NCBI GenBank assembly: GCA_903938575.1
Contig: CAJADV010000085.1
Span: 9,491 to 73,490 of the forward strand
DNA: 64,000 nucleotides
Direction of reading: 5' to 3'
From: an uncultured Gammaproteobacteria bacterium
GTDB lineage: Bacteria; Pseudomonadota; Gammaproteobacteria; Pseudomonadales; UBA5518
Within the stretch, counting starts at the first letter, position 1. Every line of letters starts with the position of its first letter. Made by a program: the position numbers and the translations under genes. Of the stretch, positions 52,673 to 61,672 are shown piece by piece. A model generated the notes under the pieces. The model was not told the origin of the DNA. It saw only the letters and a program-made list of their open reading frames with translations, and did no database searches.

Positions 52673-54269
52673 GCTCGAAGCCTATATCGCGGCGCTGACG
52701 CCGAACCCGGCCTTCGCGGAACTGTTCCGCCGCCACGGGCTGCGCTACCGGTGGCTCGCGATGTTCACCATCGTCACGGGCAACATTGCCGCCGTGCTCT
52801 CGGGCACGATCATCAACGTGGCCATCCCCGACATCATGGGCGCCTTCGGCATCGGGCAGGACGATGCCCAGTGGCTCTCGACGGCAAACCTCGCCTCCTC
52901 CACCGTCTCCATGCTGGCAAGCGCGTGGATGGTGCGGCGCGCGGGACTGAAGGGCACCGTGCTGGTGGCCATACTGCTCTTCGTGGTCGGCTCACTGGTG
53001 GGCGGATTCGCTACCAATCTCGAGGTGATGATCGCCTCGCGCATCATGCAGGGCATTACCGCGGGACTGCTCACGCCGCTGTCGATGACGATCATCTTCC
53101 AGGTGTTCCCGCCCGGCCGGCAGGGCCTCGCCATGGGCATCAGCGCGGTAGGCGTGATCCTCGCTCCCGCCATCGGACCCGCGGTGGGCGGAATCCTCAC
53201 CGACAACTTCAACTGGCGCTACGTGTTCTTCCTCGGGCTGCCGTTTTCCGCGCTCACGCTGCTCGGAACACTCGTGTTCCTGCCCGGGCGGCAGGAGGCG
53301 CGGCCGGAGGCCTTCCACTGGGCCGGGATGGGCCTTCTCTGCGTGTCCATCACGACGGTGCTGGTCGGGCTCACTCGCGGCGAGCGCAACGGCTGGGACT
53401 CCAACACCATCATCAGCTGTTTCGCCGTAGCGCTTGTATCGGGGCTCGCATTCGTGCGCTCGCAACACGGACGCGCGCAGCCGCTGCTCGATCTGTCACT
53501 GTTCGGCGACCGCAACTTTCTGATCATGTCGATCAACGGCTGCGTGTTCAGTGCGGGCCTTTATGCGTCGACCTACCTGCTACCGCTGTTCCTGCAGCTG
53601 GTGCAGCACCTGACGCCCACGGACTCAGGCTCGATGATGATTCCGGCAGGGCTCGTAATGGTGGCGATTTTTCCTTTCGCGGGCCGCCTGGCTGATCGCG
53701 TGGATGCACGGGTGCTGATCAGCATCGGGATACTGTTCTTCGTGCTCGCCTTCTGGCTGATGCGCCACGCCGATGCCGACACGGGCTTCTGGCAGTTGGC
53801 GTGGTGGATCGTGCTGAGCCGCACCGGCATCGGGCTGGTGATGCCGGCGCTGCAGATGGGTGCGCTCTCCAGCGTGCCGCCGGAGCGGCTCACGCAGGCA
53901 TCGGGCTCGTTCAACTTCATGCGCCAGATGGGCGGGGCCTTCGGCGTGAACCTGATGTCAGTGACGCTCGAGCGCCGCGTCAGCGTGCACACCGACTACC
54001 TGTCTTCCACCCAGACCTGGGGCAACAGCGACACCATGGAAACGCTCGGGATGCTCCGCGGTCTGGGGCATGTGATCGGGCACGTGGGCACCGATGAGTG
54101 GAACTCGGCCATTGCCTTCCTGCAGGGGATAGTCCAGACGGAGGCCCTGCAGGCCGCGTTCCGTGACAGCTTCGTGATCCTGGCGCTCGCCTTCCTGCTC
54201 ACCCTGGCGCCCACGATGGCGCTGCGCCCGCGCCGTCGGATCGCAGCAGGGGGGACACAGGCGCGCTGA
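52659..54269 (+). CDS. MFS drug-efflux transporter, DHA2 (EmrB/QacA, 14-TMS) family
   Basis: Apparent TTG start overlapping the upstream gene. IINVAIPDIMGAFG, GRRGLxG-like motif and many TM segments. 536 aa. Confidence 0.85.
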   Translation: MRSAELEAYIAALTPNPAFAELFRRHGLRYRWLAMFTIVTGNIAAVLSGTIINVAIPDIMGAFGIGQDDAQWLSTANLASSTVSMLASAWMVRRAGLKGTVLVAILLFVVGSLVGGFATNLEVMIASRIMQGITAGLLTPLSMTIIFQVFPPGRQGLAMGISAVGVILAPAIGPAVGGILTDNFNWRYVFFLGLPFSALTLLGTLVFLPGRQEARPEAFHWAGMGLLCVSITTVLVGLTRGERNGWDSNTIISCFAVALVSGLAFVRSQHGRAQPLLDLSLFGDRNFLIMSINGCVFSAGLYASTYLLPLFLQLVQHLTPTDSGSMMIPAGLVMVAIFPFAGRLADRVDARVLISIGILFFVLAFWLMRHADADTGFWQLAWWIVLSRTGIGLVMPALQMGALSSVPPERLTQASGSFNFMRQMGGAFGVNLMSVTLERRVSVHTDYLSSTQTWGNSDTMETLGMLRGLGHVIGHVGTDEWNSAIAFLQGIVQTEALQAAFRDSFVILALAFLLTLAPTMALRPRRRIAAGGTQAR

Positions 54270-54277
54270 GCTGCGCC

Positions 54278-54781
54278 TCAGAGCGGCCCGATGCGCACGG
54301 CGGTAACCAGCCGCCGCGCCCAGTAATCCTCAGCAAGGCTCGAAATCATCACTCCCGCGCGGGTGGACACGTGCAGGAACTGCCGCGCGCCAACATAGAT
54401 CCCGACATGCCGGTCACGCAGCCCTGTCTTGAAAAAAAGCAGGTCTCCGGGCACGGCTTCCGCCGCGGGAAGTGCGCGGCCTGACTCGCGCTGCGAGGAG
54501 GTCTCGCGGGGGATGGCGATGCCGAAACGCTGCCTGTAAGTGAGCTGCGCAAAAGCCGAACAGTCGAGCCCGCGACGGTCACTACCGCCCATGCGGTAGG
54601 GAACGCCTCGCCACGCGGAGTGCTGTGCCAACAGCGCACTGCGGACTGCCGCAGGATCAGCGAGATCGACATAGCCCGGCTGCGGGCGCGGATGCTGCGG
54701 CGCCGGCTCCTCGTCTCCGGACATCCAGCTGCAAGCCGGCAACAGGAGCACCAGCGCAAGCACCAGCAGTCGCGACCTCAT
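54278..54781 (-). CDS. NlpC/P60 (C40) cell-wall peptidase lipoprotein
   Basis: Lipobox LLPAC. GLDCSAF catalytic Cys motif. GDLLFF...HVGIYVG. Confidence 0.9.
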   Translation of the reverse strand: MRSRLLVLALVLLLPACSWMSGDEEPAPQHPRPQPGYVDLADPAAVRSALLAQHSAWRGVPYRMGGSDRRGLDCSAFAQLTYRQRFGIAIPRETSSQRESGRALPAAEAVPGDLLFFKTGLRDRHVGIYVGARQFLHVSTRAGVMISSLAEDYWARRLVTAVRIGPL

Positions 54782-54828
54782 GTCAGGATTCCGCAGGCAG
54801 GCGAAGGCCGGTCATGCAGGCATGCCTC

Positions 54829-55422
54829 TCAGGGGGACTGGTTCTCGGGATTGCGGCCGCTGAACTGGCGAAAATGTGCGCGAATGGCGGCAATATCCAC
54901 CTCCGTGTCGCCGGTGAGCTTCGCCTCCGGCCCGAGCTGCACGGTGCGCGTCGGGTAGTCCCAGGACACCTGCACGACCGGCATCTGCGCGATCTGGGCG
55001 ATGCGCAGGAAACCCGTCTTCCACTTGTCGACCCGCGAGCGGGTGCCCTCGGGCGTGATCACCATGATGATGCGGTCAGCGGCGAGGAGGCGCTGCGCGA
55101 CGCTGTCGGCAATGCCGGCGGGCTCAGCGCGGTTGACCGGCATGCCTCCGGTGGCGCGGATGAACACGCCAGCGGGCCACCAGCACGCCGTCTCCTTGAT
55201 CAGGTAGTTCATCCTGAGCCCCATGGCCCAGAGCGACAGCAGCGCAATCACCCAGTCCCAGTTCGAGGTATGCGGCGCGGCGATGACGAGGAGTTTCTCG
55301 CGGTCGGGCAAGCTGCCGATCACGCGCCAGCCGAGCAACCGGAGCATGCTGAGACCGAACCAGCGGCTGAGGGCATTACCGCCCCGGGCAACGCGGGGCG
55401 GCGGCTCGGGAACGATCGGCAT
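54829..55422 (-). CDS. Lysophospholipid/glycerol-phosphate acyltransferase-family protein (PlsC-like)
   Basis: Start at internal ATG 55422. HTSNWD (Hx4D) and ITPEGTRS motifs. Confidence 0.75.
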   Translation of the reverse strand: MPIVPEPPPRVARGGNALSRWFGLSMLRLLGWRVIGSLPDREKLLVIAAPHTSNWDWVIALLSLWAMGLRMNYLIKETACWWPAGVFIRATGGMPVNRAEPAGIADSVAQRLLAADRIIMVITPEGTRSRVDKWKTGFLRIAQIAQMPVVQVSWDYPTRTVQLGPEAKLTGDTEVDIAAIRAHFRQFSGRNPENQSP

Positions 55423-55424
55423 CC

Positions 55425-55898
55425 TCACGAGGCGGTGCCGGGACCGCCAGGTGGCATCTGCAGGAACTCGATCCACAACGGATCCCCGGCGCGCTCCATG
55501 TACACGAAGGTGGTGTCGGCGCACCACTTCTTGTACCAGACCGGCGTAAAGCCTACGGTTTTCATCTTCTCGATCCACGCGTCGGTATCGTCGACGCGGA
55601 AGCGGATGTGGTGCATGCCCTCACGTCCGGCCCTGATGAATTCGGCATGCGGGCTCTCGCCGCTTACCCATTCGATCAACTCGATCTCCAGCGGACCGCT
55701 GCGTCCGAAGGCGATCCGCAGTTGCGCGTCTTCCTTGCGCCCCCGGTAGTCGACCTCATCCACCGAACCGTCCATCGTCGACCACGGGCCGAACATCGGG
55801 CCGTAGAGCTGCATGGACTGCTCGAGGTTGCGCACCACGAAGCCCACCTGATCGGCGGGCGGCAATCCGAGCGAGGCGAGGTCAGGCGGCGTCTGCAT
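55425..55898 (-). CDS. VOC-family protein
   Basis: QVGFVVRNLEQSMQLY...IELIEW...GMHHIRFRVDD pattern of paired beta-alpha-beta-beta-beta modules. Confidence 0.7.
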   Translation of the reverse strand: MQTPPDLASLGLPPADQVGFVVRNLEQSMQLYGPMFGPWSTMDGSVDEVDYRGRKEDAQLRIAFGRSGPLEIELIEWVSGESPHAEFIRAGREGMHHIRFRVDDTDAWIEKMKTVGFTPVWYKKWCADTTFVYMERAGDPLWIEFLQMPPGGPGTAS

Positions 55899-55902
55899 GA
55901 TG

Positions 55903-56586
55903 TCAATGCTCCAGTGTTATGCGTTCCGCAGGCCCCAGGGGCTCCTGCGAGGACGCGTTCTTGTGGCGGGGATTGTTCACCTCAGGAGATAGCGACGCAA
56001 GCTCGAAGTGAGCCGGCAAGCGCGGTCGCAGCATATCCGGCGGCGGGCCGCGGCCCTCGCTCACATCGAGCCAGGCGTCGAACTCCTCCGGACGGAGCAT
56101 GAGCGGCATGCGCGTGTGCAACCGGTCAATACCCGGGGCAGCAGCGGTAGTAATGATCGTGCAGGATTCGAGACAGTTGCCGTCTTTCTCCCACACATCA
56201 AACAACCCCGCGAAGGCGATCGCGCTGTCGACGGGGCGGATCAGCCAGGGTTGCCTGCCGCCCGCTGCAAGCGTCCACTCGATGAACGAGGAGGCCGGCA
56301 GGATGCAGCGATGATGGCGCAGCGGGCCGCGAAAGGCCTTGCTGGAGGCAAGCGTCTCGGCCTTGGCGTTGAACATCGAGAATCGCGTGCTGATCTCCGG
56401 CACCCACGAGGGTACCAGCCACCAGCGCATGGCCCGCATATGGCGCTCGCCCTCCTCCTCGAAAACCACCGGAACGGGCTCGGTGGGCGCGATATTCAAC
56501 TGGGTGCGCAACAGCTCGGGCACGCGGAGCTGCGCCAGCATTGCCCGCATGAAGGGATCGTCGTGGATGTTGTAGCGTCCGCACAT
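55903..56586 (-). CDS. SOS-response-associated peptidase (SRAP / YedK-like, abasic-site crosslinking)
   Basis: Begins MCGRY (catalytic Cys2). W-L-PSW segment (RWWLVPSWV). NAKAETL. PASSFIEW. Confidence 0.9.
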   Translation of the reverse strand: MCGRYNIHDDPFMRAMLAQLRVPELLRTQLNIAPTEPVPVVFEEEGERHMRAMRWWLVPSWVPEISTRFSMFNAKAETLASSKAFRGPLRHHRCILPASSFIEWTLAAGGRQPWLIRPVDSAIAFAGLFDVWEKDGNCLESCTIITTAAAPGIDRLHTRMPLMLRPEEFDAWLDVSEGRGPPPDMLRPRLPAHFELASLSPEVNNPRHKNASSQEPLGPAERITLEH

Positions 56587-56699
56587 GCTTCAAGTGTAGG
56601 AGCGTGAACGGCGCTCGACAAAGGGGCTCAAGCCACGATTTGCGTGGTCGCCGGAATTGCCCGTTGACCGGCGCGCCTTGGCGCATTCCGCCGCCGCGC

Positions 56700-56732
56700 G
56701 GCAGACTGGCCCCCGACGGGGGTCAGTCTGCC
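56700..56732. other. 33-nt near-perfect hairpin (15-bp stem, GAC loop) between the ACAD stop and the SRAP start
   Basis: In GGCAGACTGGCCCCC-GAC-GGGGGTCAGTCTGCC, 14 Watson-Crick pairs plus one G-T. No T-tract follows on either strand. Confidence 0.4.
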
Positions 56733-56759
56733 CGACCGCGGGCTTTGGCGCCCGGACCT

Positions 56760-57893
56760 CTAGCTGACCAGAGCCTCGCCGCTCGCACAACGCCGCCCGA
56801 GACGGGCGAGCGTCTGCGCCGAGGAGCCAAGCGTCATCTCGTTATGCCGGGCCCACTGGCAGTAACGCCACAGGGCGTTGCCCCGGTCCACGCCGGCGCC
56901 GCCGTGCAGATGCTGTGCGGCGTAGCTGACACGATGCCCCGTGTCGCCCGCCCAGACCTTGGCGATATCGACCTCCACCGCCGCCAGCCGGCCTTCGGCG
57001 AGCAACGAGCAGGCCTCATAGGCGGTCAGCCGGAGACATTCGACATCGATGAAGCAGTTGGCTGCGCGGTGGCCCACCGCCTGGAAGGTGGCGACAGGCA
57101 CGCCGAACTGCTTGCGCTCACTGGTGTACGAGGCCGTCATGCGCATCAATGTGTCCGTGACGCCGACCTGGTGCATGCAGATCGCGGCCGTCAGGTGGCG
57201 TGCCACCTCGGCGAGCACCGCAGCACCCGCCTCAGGGCCGGCCAGCACATCGGCGGCCGCGACCATTACCTGATCCATCGTGAGCGTGCACTGCGGCTCG
57301 TAGGCAGTGTCATGGAGTTGATCGAGCCTGACGCCGGCAGCACGCGGATCCAGCCACACGGCGATCACGCCGTCACCGCTGCGCGCACCTAGCAACACAC
57401 GCTCGGCCTGCGCTCCATAGGGCACCGCGAATCGGGTGCCACTCAGGCGATAGCCATCGCCATCGGCAACCGCAATCGTCGCGGGCGCCGAGGCATCGCC
57501 GGCGGGCCCTTCTTCGAGCGCTGCGGTGAGCAGCAACTCGCCGCTCACGGCGCCCGACAGCAGCCGGGCACGCTGTTCTGCAGTGCCAAACTTCACCAGG
57601 GGCAGGATGCCGCCGGCAAGGTGGGAGACCAGTGGTACCGCGGCGATGCGACGGCCACACTCCTCGGCCAGCAGACCCGCCTCCATGAAACCAAAGCCCA
57701 TGCCGCCGGCGTCCTCCGGCGCACCCACGCCGAGCAGGCCCGCCTCGGCGAGCTTGGCCCACAATTCGCGGTCAAAACGCTCACCCGCCCAGTTGTCGTA
57801 GGTGGCGAGCTTGGCCGGCGTGGACAGGTCGCCCAGGATCCGGCGCGACAGCGCCTGAATGTCACGTTGCTCTTCGCTCAGACCGAAATCCAT
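56760..57893 (-). CDS. Acyl-CoA dehydrogenase-family protein (second of an adjacent pair)
   Basis: Start at internal ATG 57893 (MDFGLSEEQRDIQ...). ACAD N/M/C domain pattern. C-terminal QHLHGGAGV. Confidence 0.85.
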   Translation of the reverse strand: MDFGLSEEQRDIQALSRRILGDLSTPAKLATYDNWAGERFDRELWAKLAEAGLLGVGAPEDAGGMGFGFMEAGLLAEECGRRIAAVPLVSHLAGGILPLVKFGTAEQRARLLSGAVSGELLLTAALEEGPAGDASAPATIAVADGDGYRLSGTRFAVPYGAQAERVLLGARSGDGVIAVWLDPRAAGVRLDQLHDTAYEPQCTLTMDQVMVAAADVLAGPEAGAAVLAEVARHLTAAICMHQVGVTDTLMRMTASYTSERKQFGVPVATFQAVGHRAANCFIDVECLRLTAYEACSLLAEGRLAAVEVDIAKVWAGDTGHRVSYAAQHLHGGAGVDRGNALWRYCQWARHNEMTLGSSAQTLARLGRRCASGEALVS

Positions 57894-57968
57894 CTTGAAG
57901 CCCTCGCTTGCATTCCGGGAATGGCGCGTGCACTTTGCTGGCACGCCTGATGTTCAGATCCGCTGCAT

Positions 57969-59156
57969 TCAACGCGCCGCGCGCGGCATCCACAGCCCGG
58001 CCGCGGAAATGATGTCGCGCTGGATCTCGTTGGCGCCGCCACCGAAGGTGAGGATGCTCGCCGTGCGGTAAAGCTGCTCGATGCGCCCCCTCAGTACCAC
58101 ACCGGAAGCGGAGCTCTTTGCGACCAGGCTGCCCTGGCCGAGGATCTCGCCCAGCAGGCGGAACACCTCGATGAAAAACTCCGACCCATAGACCTTGGCG
58201 GCCGAGGCATCGGCCATGTCGAGCGTGCCGGCGGTCATGGCCCAGGCCTGCTTGTAGCAGACCAGTTTCAAGGCCTCGATGCCCACGCGCACCCGCGCCA
58301 GATTTGCCTGCACCCAGGGCTGGTCCACCAGACGCGAACCATCGGGCAGCTGCTGCTCGCGCGCCCACTGCGCGACCTCGTTGAACATCACGGCGGTGGG
58401 GCCGTAGTTCACCAGGCTGAGGCGTTCGCGGTTCAGCTGGCTGGTGATGAGTTTCCAGCCACCGTTAAGCTCGCCCACCAGGTTCTGGCTGCTCACGCGG
58501 ATGTTGTCGTAGTAGGTGGCGTTGGTGCGCACGCCGCCCAGCGTGATCACCGGGGTGCAGGACCAGCCCGGCGCAGAGGTGGGCACCAGCAAGATCGAGA
58601 TGCCCTTGTGCTTCTTGGGTGCGTCGGGGTCGGTGCGTACGGCGAGCCAGACGTAGTCGGCGAAATTCGCCAGGCTGGTCCACATTTTCTGGCCGTTGAT
58701 CACCCAGTCATCGCCATCGCGCACGGCGGTGGTCTTCAGCGCGGCAAGGTCGGTGCCGGCCCCGGGCTCCGAGTAGCCGATGGCGATGTTCAGCTCGCCG
58801 GCCATGATTTTCGGGACGATTTCGCGCTTCTGCCACTCGTTGCCGTGCTCGAGGATCATCGGACCCACCGACTCGGTGGTGAGGAAGGGGAACGGGAAAC
58901 CCGCGCGCATGACCTCCTCGACAAAGATGAACTGTTCGAGCGGCGTGAAACCGCGACCGCCCATCTCCTTCGGCCAGCCGAGCCCGATCCAGCCATCGCG
59001 GCCCATCTGCCGCATCGCCGCCTTGAAGCCCGGCCCGCCGCCCTCGCCGGTGCCGGCTTCGCATTCGGCGCGCAGCTCGGGCGTCATCAGCTTGGCAAAG
59101 TACTCGCGCAGTTCCGCGCGCAGCGCATCCTGGGCGGGAGTGAACTCGACTTTCAT
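57969..59156 (-). CDS. Acyl-CoA dehydrogenase
   Basis: Start at internal ATG 59156 (MKVEFTPAQDALRAEL...). YSEPGAGTDLAAL, INGQKMWTS and a C-terminal ILTFGGGANEIQRDII. Confidence 0.9.
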   Translation of the reverse strand: MKVEFTPAQDALRAELREYFAKLMTPELRAECEAGTGEGGGPGFKAAMRQMGRDGWIGLGWPKEMGGRGFTPLEQFIFVEEVMRAGFPFPFLTTESVGPMILEHGNEWQKREIVPKIMAGELNIAIGYSEPGAGTDLAALKTTAVRDGDDWVINGQKMWTSLANFADYVWLAVRTDPDAPKKHKGISILLVPTSAPGWSCTPVITLGGVRTNATYYDNIRVSSQNLVGELNGGWKLITSQLNRERLSLVNYGPTAVMFNEVAQWAREQQLPDGSRLVDQPWVQANLARVRVGIEALKLVCYKQAWAMTAGTLDMADASAAKVYGSEFFIEVFRLLGEILGQGSLVAKSSASGVVLRGRIEQLYRTASILTFGGGANEIQRDIISAAGLWMPRAAR

Positions 59157-59345
59157 CGCGGGGTATCCTCCGGAAAAAGCGTGCCGTACACGCGGCACTG
59201 GGACCACCCCATGGTGCCCCCCGTATCACCGGGCCGGCAAGGGTCAAAGGCATCAGCGCCGCGTGGCAAAAGCGATCAGCGCGAATTGCTGCCGCCGGCG
59301 GCCGGCGTGTATCCTCCGGCCTCGCTCCTGCCGTGGAATTACCTC

Positions 59346-59792
59346 ATGACCTCGAAGACCCGCGTCGCCGCCCTCGAGGGCTGGTTCACGCTCGATGAGC
59401 ACGCGCCGCAACTGCTGGGTTCGCGCTGCCGCAGCTGTGGCACCTGCTACTTCCCGAAGCAGTCCCTCTACTGCCGCAACCCGGCCTGCGACAGCACCGA
59501 ATTCGACGAGGCCCCGCTGTCGCGACGGGGCACGCTGTGGTCGTGCACCAACGCGGCCTATGCCCCGCCGGAGCCCTATGTGGCCGCCACGCCCTACGAA
59601 CCCTTCGCCATCGCCGCCGTGGAACTCGCCGCGGAAAAAATGGTAGTGCTCGGGCAGGTGGTGGCGGGCGTTGGCCCCGAGGATCTGCGGGTCGGCCAGA
59701 CGATGGAACTCGTGCTCGAAACCCTCTCGGAGGACGCCGAGTCGATCAAACTCATCTGGAAGTGGAAGCCCGTCACGGAGACCGCGTCATGA
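59346..59792 (+). CDS. DUF35 Zn-ribbon/OB-fold protein (thiolase-associated)
   Basis: Start ATG 59346. CRSCGTCYFP...CRNPAC rubredoxin-like ribbon, then an OB-fold segment. The stop overlaps the thiolase ATG (ATGA). Confidence 0.8.
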   Translation: MTSKTRVAALEGWFTLDEHAPQLLGSRCRSCGTCYFPKQSLYCRNPACDSTEFDEAPLSRRGTLWSCTNAAYAPPEPYVAATPYEPFAIAAVELAAEKMVVLGQVVAGVGPEDLRVGQTMELVLETLSEDAESIKLIWKWKPVTETAS

Positions 59793-60979
59793 GCAACAAC
59801 GAAGTCGCGATCCTCGGCGTCGGCATGCACCCCTGGGGCAAGTGGGGCAAGAACTTCGTCGAATACGGTCTGCACGCGGCGCGCGCCGCGATCACCGACA
59901 GCGGCGTGCGCTGGCAGGACATCCGTTTCGTCTCGGGCGCGGCCACGGTGCGCTGTGGCTACCCCGGCTACGTGGCCGGCGCCACCTTCGCGCAGGCGCT
60001 AGGCTGGCAGGGTGCCGAGGTGAACACTTCCTACGCCGCCTGCGCCTCGGGCTCGCAGGCGCTGGCCGCGGCACGGGCCAAGATCCTTGCCGGTCACTGC
60101 GAGGTGGCACTGGTGGTGGGCGCCGACACCACGCCCAAGGGTTTCCTCGCACCCGCCAAGGGTTACCGCCCCGACGATCCCGACTGGGTGCGTTTTCTGG
60201 TCGGCATCAGCAACCCGGCCTATTTCGGGCTCTACGCCCGCCGGCGCATGGATCTCTACGGCGACACCGAGGAAGACTTCGGCGCGGTCAAGATCAAGAA
60301 CAGCGAGCACGGCTTCACCAATGCGAACGCCCGCTACCGCAAGAAATTCACCATGGCGGATGTCTACGCGTCCCCCATGGTCGCGCACCCGCTGCGGCTG
60401 CTGCAGATCTGCGCCACCTCCGACGGCGGCGCGGCACTGGTGATCTCCAGCCTCGACTACGCCCGGCGCATGGGTCGCGGCGACGCGCCACGCGTGGCGG
60501 CGATCTCCACCGTGACGCCCACCTTCGCCAGCGCCGACCTCGAGATGCCGGACCTCGCCACCGACTCCGCCGCCGCAGACGGCGTCGAAGCGCTGCGCTT
60601 CCGCGCATCCCTTGCACCCAAGGCCTACGAGGAAGCGGGCCTCGGCCCGGAAGACATGAGCCTCGCCGAGGTCTATGACCTCTCCTCCGCGCTGGAACTC
60701 GACTGGATAGAGGATCTGCAACTCTGTCCACGCGGCGAGGCCGGCCGCCTCACCCGCGAGGGCGCGACCCGCATCGGCGGACGCCTCCCGGTGAATGCCT
60801 CCGGCGGACTCGCCTGTTTTGGCGAGGCGGTACCGGCACAAGCCATCTCGCAGGTCTGCGAGCTCGCCTGGCAGCTGCGCGGCCAGGCAGGCAGCCGCCA
60901 GGTCGAGGGCGCGCGCGCAGGCATCACGGCCAACCAGGGGCTGTTCGGCCACGGTTCCTCGGTGATCGTGAAGCGATGA
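59789..60979 (+). CDS. Thiolase-like / non-specific lipid-transfer (SCP-x-type) protein
   Basis: VAILGVGMHPWGKW..., ACASGSQAL active-site Cys region and a C-terminal NASGGL...G. Typical partner of DUF35. Confidence 0.85.
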   Translation: MSNNEVAILGVGMHPWGKWGKNFVEYGLHAARAAITDSGVRWQDIRFVSGAATVRCGYPGYVAGATFAQALGWQGAEVNTSYAACASGSQALAAARAKILAGHCEVALVVGADTTPKGFLAPAKGYRPDDPDWVRFLVGISNPAYFGLYARRRMDLYGDTEEDFGAVKIKNSEHGFTNANARYRKKFTMADVYASPMVAHPLRLLQICATSDGGAALVISSLDYARRMGRGDAPRVAAISTVTPTFASADLEMPDLATDSAAADGVEALRFRASLAPKAYEEAGLGPEDMSLAEVYDLSSALELDWIEDLQLCPRGEAGRLTREGATRIGGRLPVNASGGLACFGEAVPAQAISQVCELAWQLRGQAGSRQVEGARAGITANQGLFGHGSSVIVKR

Positions 60980-61017
60980 GCCAAGAGACACATCCCGCGG
61001 ACGAGCAGTACTGAGCA

Positions 61018-61668
61018 ATGGAAGAACTGAAAGACCTGTTCGCCAACAACCGTCGCTGGGCCGGGCAAATGAAAGCCCGTGACCCGCAATTCTTCGAGCG
61101 CCTTAGCGCGCAGCAGAATCCGAAATACCTGTGGATAGGCTGCGCCGACAGCCGGGTGCCCGCCAACGAGATCATCGGCCTGCTGCCAGGCGAGGTCTTC
61201 GTGCACAGGAACGTGGCCAACGTGGTGGTGCACGCGGACCTTAACTGCCTGTCAGTGGTGCAATACGCCGTCGATGTGCTGAAAGTCGAGCACATCATCG
61301 TCTGCGGACACTACGGCTGCGGCGGCGTGGCCGCTGCGTTGGACAACCGTCGTCTCGGTCTGATCGACAACTGGCTGCGCCACGTGCAGGACATCCACAA
61401 GAAGCACGGGGCGCGCTTCGAGTGCATCGATTCCCACGACAAGTCCGTGGATCGCCTGTGCGAACTCAATGTCATCGAGCAGGCGCTGAACGTCTGCCAG
61501 ACCACCGTGGTCCAGGATGCCTGGGCACGCGGTCACACGCTGAGCGTGCACGGCTGGATCTACCGCCTGCAGGACGGCGAACTGCGCGATCTTGGCGCCT
61601 CGGCGTCCTCGCCCGCGGACGTGGAGAACGCGATCCAGCGCGCCTGCGAACGCCTGCCCACCAACTGA
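61018..61668 (+). CDS. can: Beta-class carbonic anhydrase
   Basis: Collinear with E. coli Can as I recall it: LWIGCADSRVPA, FVHRNVANVV, HIIVCGHYGCGGV. Confidence 0.95.
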   Translation: MEELKDLFANNRRWAGQMKARDPQFFERLSAQQNPKYLWIGCADSRVPANEIIGLLPGEVFVHRNVANVVVHADLNCLSVVQYAVDVLKVEHIIVCGHYGCGGVAAALDNRRLGLIDNWLRHVQDIHKKHGARFECIDSHDKSVDRLCELNVIEQALNVCQTTVVQDAWARGHTLSVHGWIYRLQDGELRDLGASASSPADVENAIQRACERLPTN

Positions 61669-61672
61669 GCCT

